Shown in pieces: positions 37,074-46,790 of a stretch of 64,000 bases of DNA. Origin of the DNA: Candidatus Palauibacter sp. (GTDB lineage: Bacteria; Gemmatimonadota; Gemmatimonadetes; Palauibacterales; Palauibacteraceae); the NCBI RefSeq assembly GCF_965208055.1, contig NZ_CBDBNY010000004.1, positions 2,814,029 to 2,878,028 on the forward strand, given 5' to 3'. A program made the position numbers and the translations under genes. The notes under the pieces were generated by a model. That model did not search any database. It was not told where the DNA came from and saw nothing but the letters and a program-made list of their open reading frames with translations. The first letter of the stretch is position 1; each line of letters begins with the position of its first letter.

Positions 37074-38609
37074 CTAAGGGACCAGATTCCCCCCGGCCGT
37101 CCGCGTGATGAACCCCGCCAGCGTTTCGCGCCACTGCGGGAGCAGGCTCTCTTCCACGTACATCATGTGTCCGGCGGCGAAGTCCGCGCGGGTGATGTTG
37201 TCGCGCAGCTCCGGCGGCAGGCCGAGTTGCTCCAGCGACCAGACGATGGGGAAGTACGGCGTCGCGAAGTCGTAGATCCCGTTGATGAGCAGGACGTCGA
37301 GGCGCGGGTTGCGTTCGATCGCGTGCGCGAGGTCGGGTCCCACGTTGAGCGCCGAGCCGCCGAACGGTCCGCGGCGGCCCCCCTGTCGCTCCCAGTTCCA
37401 CGGGCGCGCCATCCCGCTGGGCCAGTACTCGCGGTCGCCGTCGTAGCCGAGTTCGTCCCGCACGTAGGTGTTGAAGAGGGAGGTGTAGGCGGAACTGATG
37501 GCCGAAGACTGGGCGTCGTGGTCGGGGGTCAGGTCGAGCAGGTCGCCCGTCGGCCCGGTGAAGCGCGTGTCCAGTCGCGCGAGCGTGAGCCGCCGGTCCC
37601 GCAGCAGTTCCTTCTCGAACTCCGGGGCGGAGACGCGCAGATCGGCCTTGTCGAGGTACTCCATGCTCAGCCCCGTGTACTCGTGCATCTGCCGCAGCAC
37701 CCGCGCGCGCTGTTCGGGATCCACGGCGGTGCCGGCGAGCAGCGCCTGCGCGTAGTCGGTCAGCGCCCACGCCTCGACCTCCTTCATGAACGTCTCGAGG
37801 TCGTCCGGGCGCCCGCCCGGCAGCATGTCGTGGTACTCGGCGGCGACCGCGAAGGAGGGGACGTTCGTGATGAAGCCGATGTGGGAACCGTCCGGGAACT
37901 GGAGCGTGTTGAAGTCGATGACGGCGGAGACGAGGACGACCCCGTTCAGGTCGATGTTCGCGTTCTGCAGGTGCCGGGCCAGCAGCACGGACCGCGTCGT
38001 GCCGTAGCTCTCGCCGAGGATGTAGCGCGGCGAGTTCCAGCGCTGGTTCTCGCTCAGGAAACGGCGGATGAACTGCGTGAGGGAGGCGGCGTCCTCGTCC
38101 ATCCCCCAGAAGTGGGTCCCGTCGGTGTCGCCGGCGGGCCGGCTGAACCCGGTCCCGATCGGGTCCACCATCACGACGTCCGCGATGTCGAGCACCGTGT
38201 ATCCGTTGTCGACGAGCGGGTACGGGGGCGGCGCCTGCTGGCCCACGTTGGGCGTCACCACGCGGCGCGGCCCCATGATCCCCATGTGGAGCCAGAAGGA
38301 GGCCGAGCCGGGCCCCCCGTTGTAGGCGAAGATGATGGGGCGCGTGGAGGGGTCTCCGCCGTTCGTCCGGAAGTATCCCGTGTAGAAGAGTTCCCCGGTC
38401 GCGTTCTCGTCGTCGTCCCGGAGGATGACGCTGCCGACGACCGCCTCGTATGCGACGGTCTCCCCGTTCACGACGATGGAGTGGTTCGACTCCCAGCGCG
38501 AAGGCTCGACCTCGTCCCGGCCTCCGTCGCCGGAGCTTTCCTGCGCGAGCGCGCCCGCGGGCATGAGGCCGAGCGCGACGACCGGGGCGATCAACATGAG
38601 CGACTTCAT
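37074..38609 (-). CDS. Exported peptidase S10 (serine carboxypeptidase)
   Basis: NGGPGS, DPIGTGFS, GESYG, AGHMMY. Confidence 0.9.
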   Translation of the reverse strand: MKSLMLIAPVVALGLMPAGALAQESSGDGGRDEVEPSRWESNHSIVVNGETVAYEAVVGSVILRDDDENATGELFYTGYFRTNGGDPSTRPIIFAYNGGPGSASFWLHMGIMGPRRVVTPNVGQQAPPPYPLVDNGYTVLDIADVVMVDPIGTGFSRPAGDTDGTHFWGMDEDAASLTQFIRRFLSENQRWNSPRYILGESYGTTRSVLLARHLQNANIDLNGVVLVSAVIDFNTLQFPDGSHIGFITNVPSFAVAAEYHDMLPGGRPDDLETFMKEVEAWALTDYAQALLAGTAVDPEQRARVLRQMHEYTGLSMEYLDKADLRVSAPEFEKELLRDRRLTLARLDTRFTGPTGDLLDLTPDHDAQSSAISSAYTSLFNTYVRDELGYDGDREYWPSGMARPWNWERQGGRRGPFGGSALNVGPDLAHAIERNPRLDVLLINGIYDFATPYFPIVWSLEQLGLPPELRDNITRADFAAGHMMYVEESLLPQWRETLAGFITRTAGGNLVP

Positions 38610-38622
38610 CTTTCCTCCTGCG

Positions 38623-39471
38623 CTAGCGGCCGGCGGCGGCCATTCCGAGGGCGACGGCTTCCGGCTGCGTGACGATGATCACGCGGAACCCCTGCTCGAT
38701 CCGCATGGCGATGTCGTCCACGCCCGCCGTGACCCCGCACGGCACGTCGAATTCGAGACAGGCGGCGAGCACGATCTGGATCGCCTCCTCCACCTTCTCC
38801 ATGTCTCCGTCGTAGACGCGCCGCAGATCGCCCGGCCCCGGGGAGACGGCGCTCACGCCGGGGGTGGAGACGATCTCCCGCACGTTGTCGATCCCGACCT
38901 GGTCCTCGATGAGGAGGAAGCTGATCAGGTGGCCGTCCGGATTGCCGGGCCAGGCGGCATCGCCGAGCGCATCCACCGCGAGGGCGGCCTCCTCCGCGGT
39001 CTCGACGTGGGGGTAGACGATCCCCGAAACGCCCGCCGCCAGTCCCTGCGCAGCACGGTCCCGCGCCTCGTCGTGCCCGTCCCGGATCGGCGGGATCCGC
39101 AGCAGCATGGGATGGGGCATCTGGTGCCCCGAGGCCTCCGACATCCCGGCGGCGTAACTCTCGAGCGCGGGGATGTCGAAGGGGCCGGATTCCAGCGAGT
39201 AGAACACGAAGTCGAGCGGACGGTTCGCAGCCATGGCGGCGCCGGCCTCGGGCGTGTGATCGCCGGAGAAGAGTCCGAAGATCGCGTCCCCGGCGGCGAG
39301 TTGATCCACCATCCGCGTGTCGGCGGCCTCCTCGGGCTCGGCCATCGCTTCGGTCTCCTCCTCTCCCGGGGCTCCTCCGCAACCGTCGAGCAATACCATG
39401 CCTCCGGTGACGCTCCCCAGCAGGAGGAGGGTGCGGAGAGAAGGGTTCCTGCGCGTGTTTCCGGCGGCCAT
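38623..39471 (-). CDS. HpcH/HpaI aldolase-like lipoprotein
   Basis: LDGC lipobox-like, LLRIP, PHVETAEEA, LIED, GPGDL. Confidence 0.78.
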   Translation of the reverse strand: MAAGNTRRNPSLRTLLLLGSVTGGMVLLDGCGGAPGEEETEAMAEPEEAADTRMVDQLAAGDAIFGLFSGDHTPEAGAAMAANRPLDFVFYSLESGPFDIPALESYAAGMSEASGHQMPHPMLLRIPPIRDGHDEARDRAAQGLAAGVSGIVYPHVETAEEAALAVDALGDAAWPGNPDGHLISFLLIEDQVGIDNVREIVSTPGVSAVSPGPGDLRRVYDGDMEKVEEAIQIVLAACLEFDVPCGVTAGVDDIAMRIEQGFRVIIVTQPEAVALGMAAAGR

Positions 39472-39575
39472 GGGATACCTCGGGGTTGGGGCAGGCCGGT
39501 TCGAACCCTGGCGACAGACTCTCGCGACCCGCGTCGGGCTTTGATTAGTCTACTTTCCGGAAAGGGGGTCCCGCC

Positions 39576-40676
39576 ATGCGCACGCCGAGAGATTTCGCCC
39601 GCACACGCGCCCGCACACGCAGGAAGTTCGTCGAGGAGGCCGCGCTGGGGGTCGCTGGACTCGGCCTGCTGCCCGCCACCGCCTGGTCCTGCCGGGAGGC
39701 CCCCGATTCGGGGGCGTCGGAGGGTGCCTCGAGCGACGCGGCTTCGAGCCCACCTTCCAGCCCCGCGACGGGGACCGGGCTCCTCTCCGATCCGCGCTAC
39801 CTGGACCACGTCCTGATCCGCCCGGACGGCGGGCGCCCCCCGGAGATTCCCGACCGCCTCGTACGCATCCGGGAGGAACTCGTGGCGCGCGGGCTGGATG
39901 AGGCCACGGTGCCGCTCGCGCCGGCCGCCGAGGCCATGTCGCACATCGAGGCGCACCACACGCCGGAGCACGTGGCATCGATCCGCGAAATCGAAGTCTC
40001 CGGGGCGGTCGCGGAACTCGCCGTGTCGGGCGCGCTGACGGCGATCGATGCGGTCGTGGCGGGGGAGGTGCGAAACGCCTTCTGCGCGATTCGGCCACCG
40101 GGTCACCACGCGAACAACACCGGCGCCGAGGAAGGGTTCTGCTACTACAGCAACGCCGGCGTCGCGGCGAAGTACGCGCAGCAGGTCCACGGGTTCGAGC
40201 GCGTACTCGTCATCGACTGGGACTACCACCACGGGAACGCGACGCAGAACAACTTCTACGATGATCCGTCGGTCCTCTTCTTCTCTGCCCACGACTGGGC
40301 CGCCTACCCGCAAACGGGCGACCCGGCCCTCACCGGTGAAGGCGAGGGGACCGGATTCAACATCAACGTCCACCTCGACTGCGGCGCCACCGACGCAGAC
40401 ATGCTGGGCCGCTGGGACGACATGCTCTCGCCAGCCGTCGCCGCCTTCGATCCCGACTTCGTGATCCTCTCGGCGGGTTTCGACAGCCGGGTCGACGACC
40501 TCCTGGGCTGCTTCGCACTCACGGACGACGCCTTCCGGCGCATGACCCGGATGGCGATGGACTACGCGGACAGCTGCTGCGAAGGGCGCGTCGTCTCGCT
40601 GCTCGAGGGCGGCTACAACCTCGACGGCACGGCGCTCGCGACCGCCGCCCACATCGAGACCCTGCTCGACGGGTAG
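39576..40676 (+). CDS. Histone deacetylase family protein with Tat/lipoprotein signal
   Basis: RRKF...AWSC; RPPGHHA, GFC, DWDYHHGN, SAGFD, LEGGY. Confidence 0.9.
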   Translation: MRTPRDFARTRARTRRKFVEEAALGVAGLGLLPATAWSCREAPDSGASEGASSDAASSPPSSPATGTGLLSDPRYLDHVLIRPDGGRPPEIPDRLVRIREELVARGLDEATVPLAPAAEAMSHIEAHHTPEHVASIREIEVSGAVAELAVSGALTAIDAVVAGEVRNAFCAIRPPGHHANNTGAEEGFCYYSNAGVAAKYAQQVHGFERVLVIDWDYHHGNATQNNFYDDPSVLFFSAHDWAAYPQTGDPALTGEGEGTGFNINVHLDCGATDADMLGRWDDMLSPAVAAFDPDFVILSAGFDSRVDDLLGCFALTDDAFRRMTRMAMDYADSCCEGRVVSLLEGGYNLDGTALATAAHIETLLDG

Positions 40677-40701
40677 CGCCACCACCCAACGTTCCTGTTG
40701 C

Positions 40702-40730
40702 TTGATCTCGTTCGCTGCGCGTTTTAGCTT
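40702..40730 (+). promoter_or_regulatory. Sigma70-like promoter
   Basis: TTGATC-N17-TAGCTT. Confidence 0.5.
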
Positions 40731-40736
40731 GCGTCT

Positions 40737-40798
40737 AACACCCCCTGTGGTTTCGATCGCAGGGCGCGGGGCCTCCTTCGGGGGCCCCTGCTTCTTTT
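40737..40798 (+). ncRNA. Candidate small RNA with two UUCG hairpins
   Basis: Promoter upstream, hairpin 40743-40764, terminator hairpin followed by a U-rich tract. Confidence 0.45.
40766..40798 (+). terminator. Rho-independent terminator
   Basis: GCGGGGCCTCC-TTCG-GGGGCCCCTGC followed by TTCTTTT. Confidence 0.8.
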
Positions 40799-40832
40799 AA
40801 GGGAACCTGCGATGCGGGGGTGGCTGCCCGGG

Positions 40833-41873
40833 TCAGACGTTGAAGCGGATGTGGAGGATGTCGCCGTCCGCGACCACGTAATCCTTGCCTTCGACCTGCA
40901 TCAGGCCGGCCTCCTTCACGGCCCGCTCCGAGCCGTACTTCGCGAAGACCTCGTAGGGGATGACCTCCGCGCGGATGAAGCCGCGCTCCATGTCGGAGTG
41001 GACCCGGCCCGCCGCCCGCCTGGCGCGCGTGCCGCGCCGGATCGTCCATGCACGGACTTCGACCGGCGCGGCGGTGAAGAAGGAGATGAGATCGAGGAGC
41101 CCGTAGGCCGCGCGGATGAAGCGGGCGAGCGCCGGTTCGCGCAGGCCGAGCGCCTCCACGAAGGCTGCTCGATCCTCCGGGTCGAGGTCGGCGATCTCCG
41201 CCTCGACGGGCGCGGACAGCGCCAGGCCGCCGGCCCCCATCCCAGCGAGTCGCGCGGCGAGCGCCGGCGGTAGCGCCTCCCCTGCCCGGTCCTCGCTGCG
41301 GTTCAGCACGGTGAGCAGCGGACGGTCCGTGAGAAGGCCGTAGCCGCGGAACGGCGCGCGGTCCAGTTCCGCCCGGGGCACGGTCCGCAGCGGCTGCTCG
41401 CCTTCGAGTGCGTCAAGCGCGCGTTCGAAGGCGGCGATCTCGACCGCGTCCGCCCCCTCGCGACGCGCCCGGTCCAGCCGGCGCTCGACGAGGTCGAGGT
41501 CGGAGAGCAGACATTCCGTGGCGAAGGCCTCCAGTTCGCCTTCCGCGTCCGGCGGGTCCGCGAGCGCGGGGTTGTCGAAACCGCGGAGGACGAGGCAGAG
41601 CGCTTCCTGATCGCGGATCTGCTGGAGCCCGCGCGGCGACAGGCCTCTGCTCGCCGCGCCGTATTCGCCCGGGATGTCGCAGAACCGCATCTCCGCGTAC
41701 GTCGTCCGGCGCGGGGAGAGGCGGGCTCTGAGGGCATCGATTCGTTCATCCGGGACCCGCACCGTACCCAGCCGCACCTCGCCGCCGAACCCGACCGGGA
41801 CGCCGAGCCCCGTCATCGCGTTGAATACCGTCGTCTTCCCCGAACCCGCGAACCCCACGAGTCCTATCTTCAC
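40833..41873 (-). CDS. ychF: YchF-like Obg-family NTPase (DUF933/TGS domain)
   Basis: GFAGSGKT, VPDERI, DIPG, HSDMERGFIRAE, EGKDYVVADGD. Confidence 0.85.
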   Translation of the reverse strand: MKIGLVGFAGSGKTTVFNAMTGLGVPVGFGGEVRLGTVRVPDERIDALRARLSPRRTTYAEMRFCDIPGEYGAASRGLSPRGLQQIRDQEALCLVLRGFDNPALADPPDAEGELEAFATECLLSDLDLVERRLDRARREGADAVEIAAFERALDALEGEQPLRTVPRAELDRAPFRGYGLLTDRPLLTVLNRSEDRAGEALPPALAARLAGMGAGGLALSAPVEAEIADLDPEDRAAFVEALGLREPALARFIRAAYGLLDLISFFTAAPVEVRAWTIRRGTRARRAAGRVHSDMERGFIRAEVIPYEVFAKYGSERAVKEAGLMQVEGKDYVVADGDILHIRFNV

Positions 41874-41902
41874 CGCGTCCCCTCCCCGCTTATCTTCGGT
41901 GC

Positions 41903-42322
41903 GTGAATATCGAAATCCCCGTCTCCGCCGGCGAACTCATCGACCGGATCACCATCCTCCGGCTGAAACAGGCCCGGATCCGCGATCGCCGGAGGCTCGC
42001 AAACGTCGTCTCCGAACTCGGGCGCCTCGAGGAAATCTGTGAACGGACCATCGGGCCGCTCGAGGAGGCCCCGCTCCGCGTCATGGAACGCGTCGGGGAA
42101 CTGGAAGCCGTGAACCGGGGCATCTGGGATGTCGAGGATAAGTTGCGCGCTCTCGAACGTGCCCGCGAGTTCGGCTCACCATTCATTGAAGCGGCGCGGC
42201 AAGTCTACCGCCTCAACGACGAACGCCACCGCCTCAAGCGCGCCCTCAGCGAGGACTACGGCTCCGGTATCCTCGAAGAGAAGTCACACGCGACCGCGGA
42301 CCCGGAGACCAGCTCAAGATAG
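41903..42322 (+). CDS. DUF6165-like protein
   Basis: PVSAGELIDRITILRLK, IWDVED, ARQVYRLNDER, EEKS. Confidence 0.75.
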   Translation: MNIEIPVSAGELIDRITILRLKQARIRDRRRLANVVSELGRLEEICERTIGPLEEAPLRVMERVGELEAVNRGIWDVEDKLRALERAREFGSPFIEAARQVYRLNDERHRLKRALSEDYGSGILEEKSHATADPETSSR

Positions 42323-42373
42323 TCGCAGGTTTCGGGTCGTCGGGGGCTCCGGGGAGTCGCGGGCTCGGCTCGG

Positions 42374-44161
42374 TCAGGCGCAGAACGGGTCCAGGCGGTC
42401 GGCCACCGCGGCCAGTCCGTCCACGGGAGAGGCTTCGCTCCCGGCCACCTTCGAGATGCGGATCGCGACGATGCCGTTGGGGAAGAGGACGACCCGGTGG
42501 CCGCCCCAGCCCGACATGCGCGTGAGGTCGACGACGCAGCCCCCTTCACCGACGTAGTTCTGGTGCCACAGTGCGAGGTAGTAGCTGGGCTGCCCGATTT
42601 CGGCGGGCGGGCCGAAGGCGGTTCCGCGGACGTCCGTCCGGTAGAGGACCTCGGCGGTCAACTCGGGGTGCAGCAACGGTTCGCCCTCGTGTACGCCGCC
42701 GTTCTGCAGGAGGCGGGCGATCTTCGCGAGGTCGTCCACCGTCGGGTAGTAGCCCTGTGACATCTGGGGCAGCGTGAGCGAGCCGTCCGCCTCGACGAGC
42801 CGATTCGTCGGTGCGTGCGGTACGCCGATGGGGCGGTAGACTTCCTCCTCCAGCATCTTCCAGAGGTCCGCCCCGTCTCCGGCTCGATGCTTGAGGTAGG
42901 CGTCCATCGCCGCGCCGATGAGGAACGCGTCCTGGTCGCGGTAGCGGACGACCTCCCCCGGCCCCCACGGGTGGTTCGAGGCGCGGAACACCTGGCGAAT
43001 CCGGGCGTCCTTCGAGATCGCCGTGTACCAGTCGTCGTAGCCGATCAGGTAGCCGTCGCCCGTGTTGTTGGGGTCGATTCGCGTCGATCCCTCGCCCACG
43101 CCGGTGGCCATGTTGAGGACATCGCGGAAGCGGACGTCATCCCAGCCGTCGTGGTCCGCCGTCACATCGAGGTGGTCGGCGACCCGTTCGTCGAGGACGC
43201 CGCGCCCGTAACGCTGCGCGAGGCGGAGGGCGGCCACGGTGTTGCCGGTGGATTTGGTGACGGACCAGATCCCGAAGCGTTGCTCCCGGCAGAAGGGAAG
43301 CTCCCCGAACGGCGTCGGGCAGGCGGCGACGTAGAGGGTGTCCCGCACGAGAAAGGCCGCGGTGACCATGTTCTCGACATTCATGTCTCCGTGCATGGCG
43401 TCGAACGCGGTGTCTCCCACCCGTGGGCGCAGGTCGGAGATCGGGCGCAGGGGCAGACGCCGCGCCTTCTCGGCGGCGAAGGCCTCGATCACCTCCGCCG
43501 GCGCCGGGCCCGGCGTGTACTCCGCGGCGAGCTGACCCCACATCAGCCGCCGCTGCACGAGGAAGTAGGGCCGTCCCTGGGTCACGGTCTGGAAGCGGAC
43601 GCCCGACACCTCCCGGTCGTTGAAGGCGAAGGTCGCCACGCCGTTGTACGTCTCGTTCTCGACGGAACTCGCGAGTTGCAGCGGGAATGCCGCCCGCGAC
43701 CACGTCTCGCCCGGTTCGGACCACACGGTGCCGGGTCCGACCAGAACGTCCCAGTAACTCCCGGCCTCGGTGCGCGTGCCGGACACGATGAGGTTGCGAT
43801 CCCACGGAATCAGGTCGCGGCCATCCGCCACGAATCCCAACGGCACGTCGGGGAAGCGCTTCGTGTCGCGACCCATGACCCGGCGCGGATCGAGTTCCGC
43901 GGGTTCCGTCTTCATCTCCGCGCCGGTCAACGCGATGGTGCCGGAGAAGGCATGTCGGGCGGCCTCCGCCTCGGACGAGGGAAGGAAGCGGTCGTTGGCG
44001 AGCATGGCGGGCGGCGCCAACGCTCCGCGCGCGAGCTCCGCCAGGGGAACCCCCTCTCCCTCGCCCGATCCCACCCCGTTGCAGGCACCGCACAGGAGAC
44101 TCACGCCGAGACTCGCGGCAAGGCCCGCGACGAGTGGGAGCGGTCGATCTTGAGCCATCAT
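42374..44161 (-). CDS. Serine hydrolase (beta-lactamase family) lipoprotein with large N-terminal domain
   Basis: GAC lipobox-like, WSVTKS, LNMATG, YRD, GWGG. Confidence 0.8.
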   Translation of the reverse strand: MMAQDRPLPLVAGLAASLGVSLLCGACNGVGSGEGEGVPLAELARGALAPPAMLANDRFLPSSEAEAARHAFSGTIALTGAEMKTEPAELDPRRVMGRDTKRFPDVPLGFVADGRDLIPWDRNLIVSGTRTEAGSYWDVLVGPGTVWSEPGETWSRAAFPLQLASSVENETYNGVATFAFNDREVSGVRFQTVTQGRPYFLVQRRLMWGQLAAEYTPGPAPAEVIEAFAAEKARRLPLRPISDLRPRVGDTAFDAMHGDMNVENMVTAAFLVRDTLYVAACPTPFGELPFCREQRFGIWSVTKSTGNTVAALRLAQRYGRGVLDERVADHLDVTADHDGWDDVRFRDVLNMATGVGEGSTRIDPNNTGDGYLIGYDDWYTAISKDARIRQVFRASNHPWGPGEVVRYRDQDAFLIGAAMDAYLKHRAGDGADLWKMLEEEVYRPIGVPHAPTNRLVEADGSLTLPQMSQGYYPTVDDLAKIARLLQNGGVHEGEPLLHPELTAEVLYRTDVRGTAFGPPAEIGQPSYYLALWHQNYVGEGGCVVDLTRMSGWGGHRVVLFPNGIVAIRISKVAGSEASPVDGLAAVADRLDPFCA

Positions 44162-44247
44162 GAACACCCCTTCGATGTCTTGGAGGCGCCGTTGCCCCCG
44201 CGTAGCTTGCGGTAAAACAACTCGACCTGTCACGAGGAGAGTGTGAA

Positions 44248-45528
44248 ATGGGTCATCGAATCGGGGCTGTGCCGCGCAGGCGGGTCCCCGCGCTCGCGGC
44301 GACACTTGCGGCGGCGCTTACGGCTTCGTGCGACGGGAGTACCGGTCCATCCAGCTTCGAACCGGGACCGCTGGGGACGGTCACGGTGCTTCGCGGCGAG
44401 GCGGTGAAGATACGGTCGCTCCTGGCGATGAGCGGGGCTCCTTCCCTGGGGGAACCCGCGCGGCGCGGGATCGAACTCGCGGTTCGCGACGTCGCCACGA
44501 TCCGCGGACGCAGCATCCAGTTGGGCGAGCCCGTCGACTCGGGGTGCTCACCGGAGGGCGGGAGCGCCGGCGCCCGGGAAATCGTGGCGGATCCACAGGT
44601 CGTCGGCGTCATCGGTACGTCCTGCTCGGCGGCGGCTGTGGCCGCCTCGCCGGTGATCAGCCAGGCCGGTTTCGCAATGGTCGCGCCGAGCACCACGTCC
44701 CCGTTGCTGACCTCGGACCTCGCCGGCAACCCGAACCCCGCCTATCACCACGGCTACTACCGCGTCGCGAACAACGACCTCTATCAGGCGCGGGCCCTTT
44801 CCGACTTCGCCTACAACGAACTGGGTCTGCGGCGGATCGTCACGCTCCATGACGGCGATCCCTACACGACGGCCCTCGTGAACGCCTTCGGGGCCGCGTT
44901 CGAGGCGCTCGGCGGTGAGATCCCCGTCGCCACCGGAATCCGGAAGGGCGAGACCGACATGACGCCCGTCCTCTCGGAGTTCGCGGCGGCGGGTCCGGAC
45001 GGGATCTTCTTCCCTCTGTTTCGGGCGGAAGGTTCGCCCTTCGCGGCGCAGGCGCAGAGCTTCGACGGCCTCGATGGGGTGACGCTCATCTCCGGCGCGG
45101 CGCTCCTCGTGTCCGAGTTCCTCGCGACGCCGCAGTCCGAGGGGATCTACTTCGCGGGCCCGGAGTCGGACTACGGCGGCAACGTGAACGAAGTGACCGG
45201 GACGAGCGCCGACGACGCCATCGCCCGGTACGAATCCGAGTACGGAGAGCGGCCCCAGTCTCCCTACTGGGCGCTCGCATACGATGCCGCGACGCTCCTG
45301 CTCAGCGCCATCGAGTCCGCCGCGGTGGAAGAAGGCGGACGACTCTACATAGACCGTGCCACCCTCCGCACGCGGATCGAAGCGGCCCGATTCGGGGGTC
45401 TCGTCGGGCCCATCTCCTGCGACACCTACGGGGACTGCGGCACCGGACGGCAGAACATTTACCACCACACGGACTCGAACGTCACGGACGTATCCCGACT
45501 GCCTGTCGTCTACCGGTTCACGCCCTGA
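44248..45528 (+). CDS. Branched-chain amino acid-type ABC substrate-binding lipoprotein
   Basis: LTASC lipobox, VIGTSCS, YYRVANND, YDAA. Confidence 0.87.
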   Translation: MGHRIGAVPRRRVPALAATLAAALTASCDGSTGPSSFEPGPLGTVTVLRGEAVKIRSLLAMSGAPSLGEPARRGIELAVRDVATIRGRSIQLGEPVDSGCSPEGGSAGAREIVADPQVVGVIGTSCSAAAVAASPVISQAGFAMVAPSTTSPLLTSDLAGNPNPAYHHGYYRVANNDLYQARALSDFAYNELGLRRIVTLHDGDPYTTALVNAFGAAFEALGGEIPVATGIRKGETDMTPVLSEFAAAGPDGIFFPLFRAEGSPFAAQAQSFDGLDGVTLISGAALLVSEFLATPQSEGIYFAGPESDYGGNVNEVTGTSADDAIARYESEYGERPQSPYWALAYDAATLLLSAIESAAVEEGGRLYIDRATLRTRIEAARFGGLVGPISCDTYGDCGTGRQNIYHHTDSNVTDVSRLPVVYRFTP

Positions 45529-46769
45529 TCCACGCCTCGAATCGCGGCGCCGTCGCCGCGCCGGAACTGGACGATCTCTTCGCCGAAGAAGTGATCGCGC
45601 GCCCGTACGCCCATTTCGCGCGGCTGCGGGAGCGCGACCCCGTCCACTGGAACGAGAAGTTCGGACTCTGGGTCGTGACGGGACATGATCCCGTCGTCTG
45701 GATCCTCCGGCACCACGAACTCTTTTCCTCGGCGGTGATACGAGGCGTGGAGGGGGCGCCGTATCCGCCGGTGCTGCCCGAGGACGCGCCGCTGTTCGAG
45801 GAGGTCAAGGCGTTCCGCGCGGACCAACTCGTGGAGCAGGACCGGCCCGAACACCTCGAGCAGCGGAAGACGGTTCACTCGTTCTTCACCCCGACGGCGA
45901 TGGAGGGCTGGCGACCCTTCGTGCGCCGGGCCGTGGACGAACTCCTGGACGAGTTGCGGCCCCGGGGACGCATGAATGTCGTCACCGACCTGGCCGCGCC
46001 GCTCCCGGTGCGGATCATCGCGCGGTTGATGGGCGTCCCCCGCGAGGACATGGACACGCTCCGGGGGCTCGCGGACAGCATCCTCCACCTGAACCGCGGC
46101 GAACCCGACCGGCTGCGACCCCTGACGGAGGGGATCCGCGGGATCGTGGAGTACGCCCGCCCGTTCGTCGAGGAGCGGATCGAGAATCCCGGCGACGACC
46201 TGATTTCGGCTCTGGCGCGGGGGGAGACCGACGGCGTCTTCACGCGGCACCAGGTACTCGTGAACACGGGACTGATGCTGTTCGCGGGACACGAGACGAC
46301 GATGAACCTGATCTGTAACGGTCTCCGCGCCTTCATCGAGCATCCGGCGCAATGGGACAGGCTCAGGGCGGACCCCAACCGCTTCGCGCGTACGGCGACC
46401 GAGGAGTGCCTGCGCTTCGACCCGCCGGTGAAATCGACCCAGCGCATCGTCGCGCGGGAGGCCGAACTGTGCGGGAAGACGCTGTCGCCCGGCGAGCGGA
46501 TCCGGTGGATCATCGCGGCGGCGAACCGGGACCCGTCCGTGTTCGAGGATCCGGACCGGTTCGATATCGGGCGCCAGCCGAACCCTCACCTGTCGTTCGG
46601 GTCGGGGATTCATTACTGCCTCGGCGTCGCGCTCGCGCGCATGGAAGGGCAGGAGGTCTTCCGCGGGCTGGCGCGCCGCTTCGAGCGGTTCGAGCTGGAG
46701 ACGGATGAACTGCGCTACCAGCCGAGCATCCAGTTCCGCTCCATCGAATCCATGCCCGTGACCTGGTGA
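45525..46769 (+). CDS. Cytochrome P450
   Basis: AGHETT, EECLR, FGSGIHYCLG; start CTG 45525 or GTG 45591. Confidence 0.95.
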   Translation: MIHASNRGAVAAPELDDLFAEEVIARPYAHFARLRERDPVHWNEKFGLWVVTGHDPVVWILRHHELFSSAVIRGVEGAPYPPVLPEDAPLFEEVKAFRADQLVEQDRPEHLEQRKTVHSFFTPTAMEGWRPFVRRAVDELLDELRPRGRMNVVTDLAAPLPVRIIARLMGVPREDMDTLRGLADSILHLNRGEPDRLRPLTEGIRGIVEYARPFVEERIENPGDDLISALARGETDGVFTRHQVLVNTGLMLFAGHETTMNLICNGLRAFIEHPAQWDRLRADPNRFARTATEECLRFDPPVKSTQRIVAREAELCGKTLSPGERIRWIIAAANRDPSVFEDPDRFDIGRQPNPHLSFGSGIHYCLGVALARMEGQEVFRGLARRFERFELETDELRYQPSIQFRSIESMPVTW

Positions 46770-46790
46770 GGGCCGCAACGTGAGCGTGAC

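Noticed and set aside
33748-44161. Beta-lactamase-family genes as antibiotic resistance determinants
   Set aside because: Only generic SxxK serine hydrolase motifs plus extra domains; nothing indicates true beta-lactamase activity.
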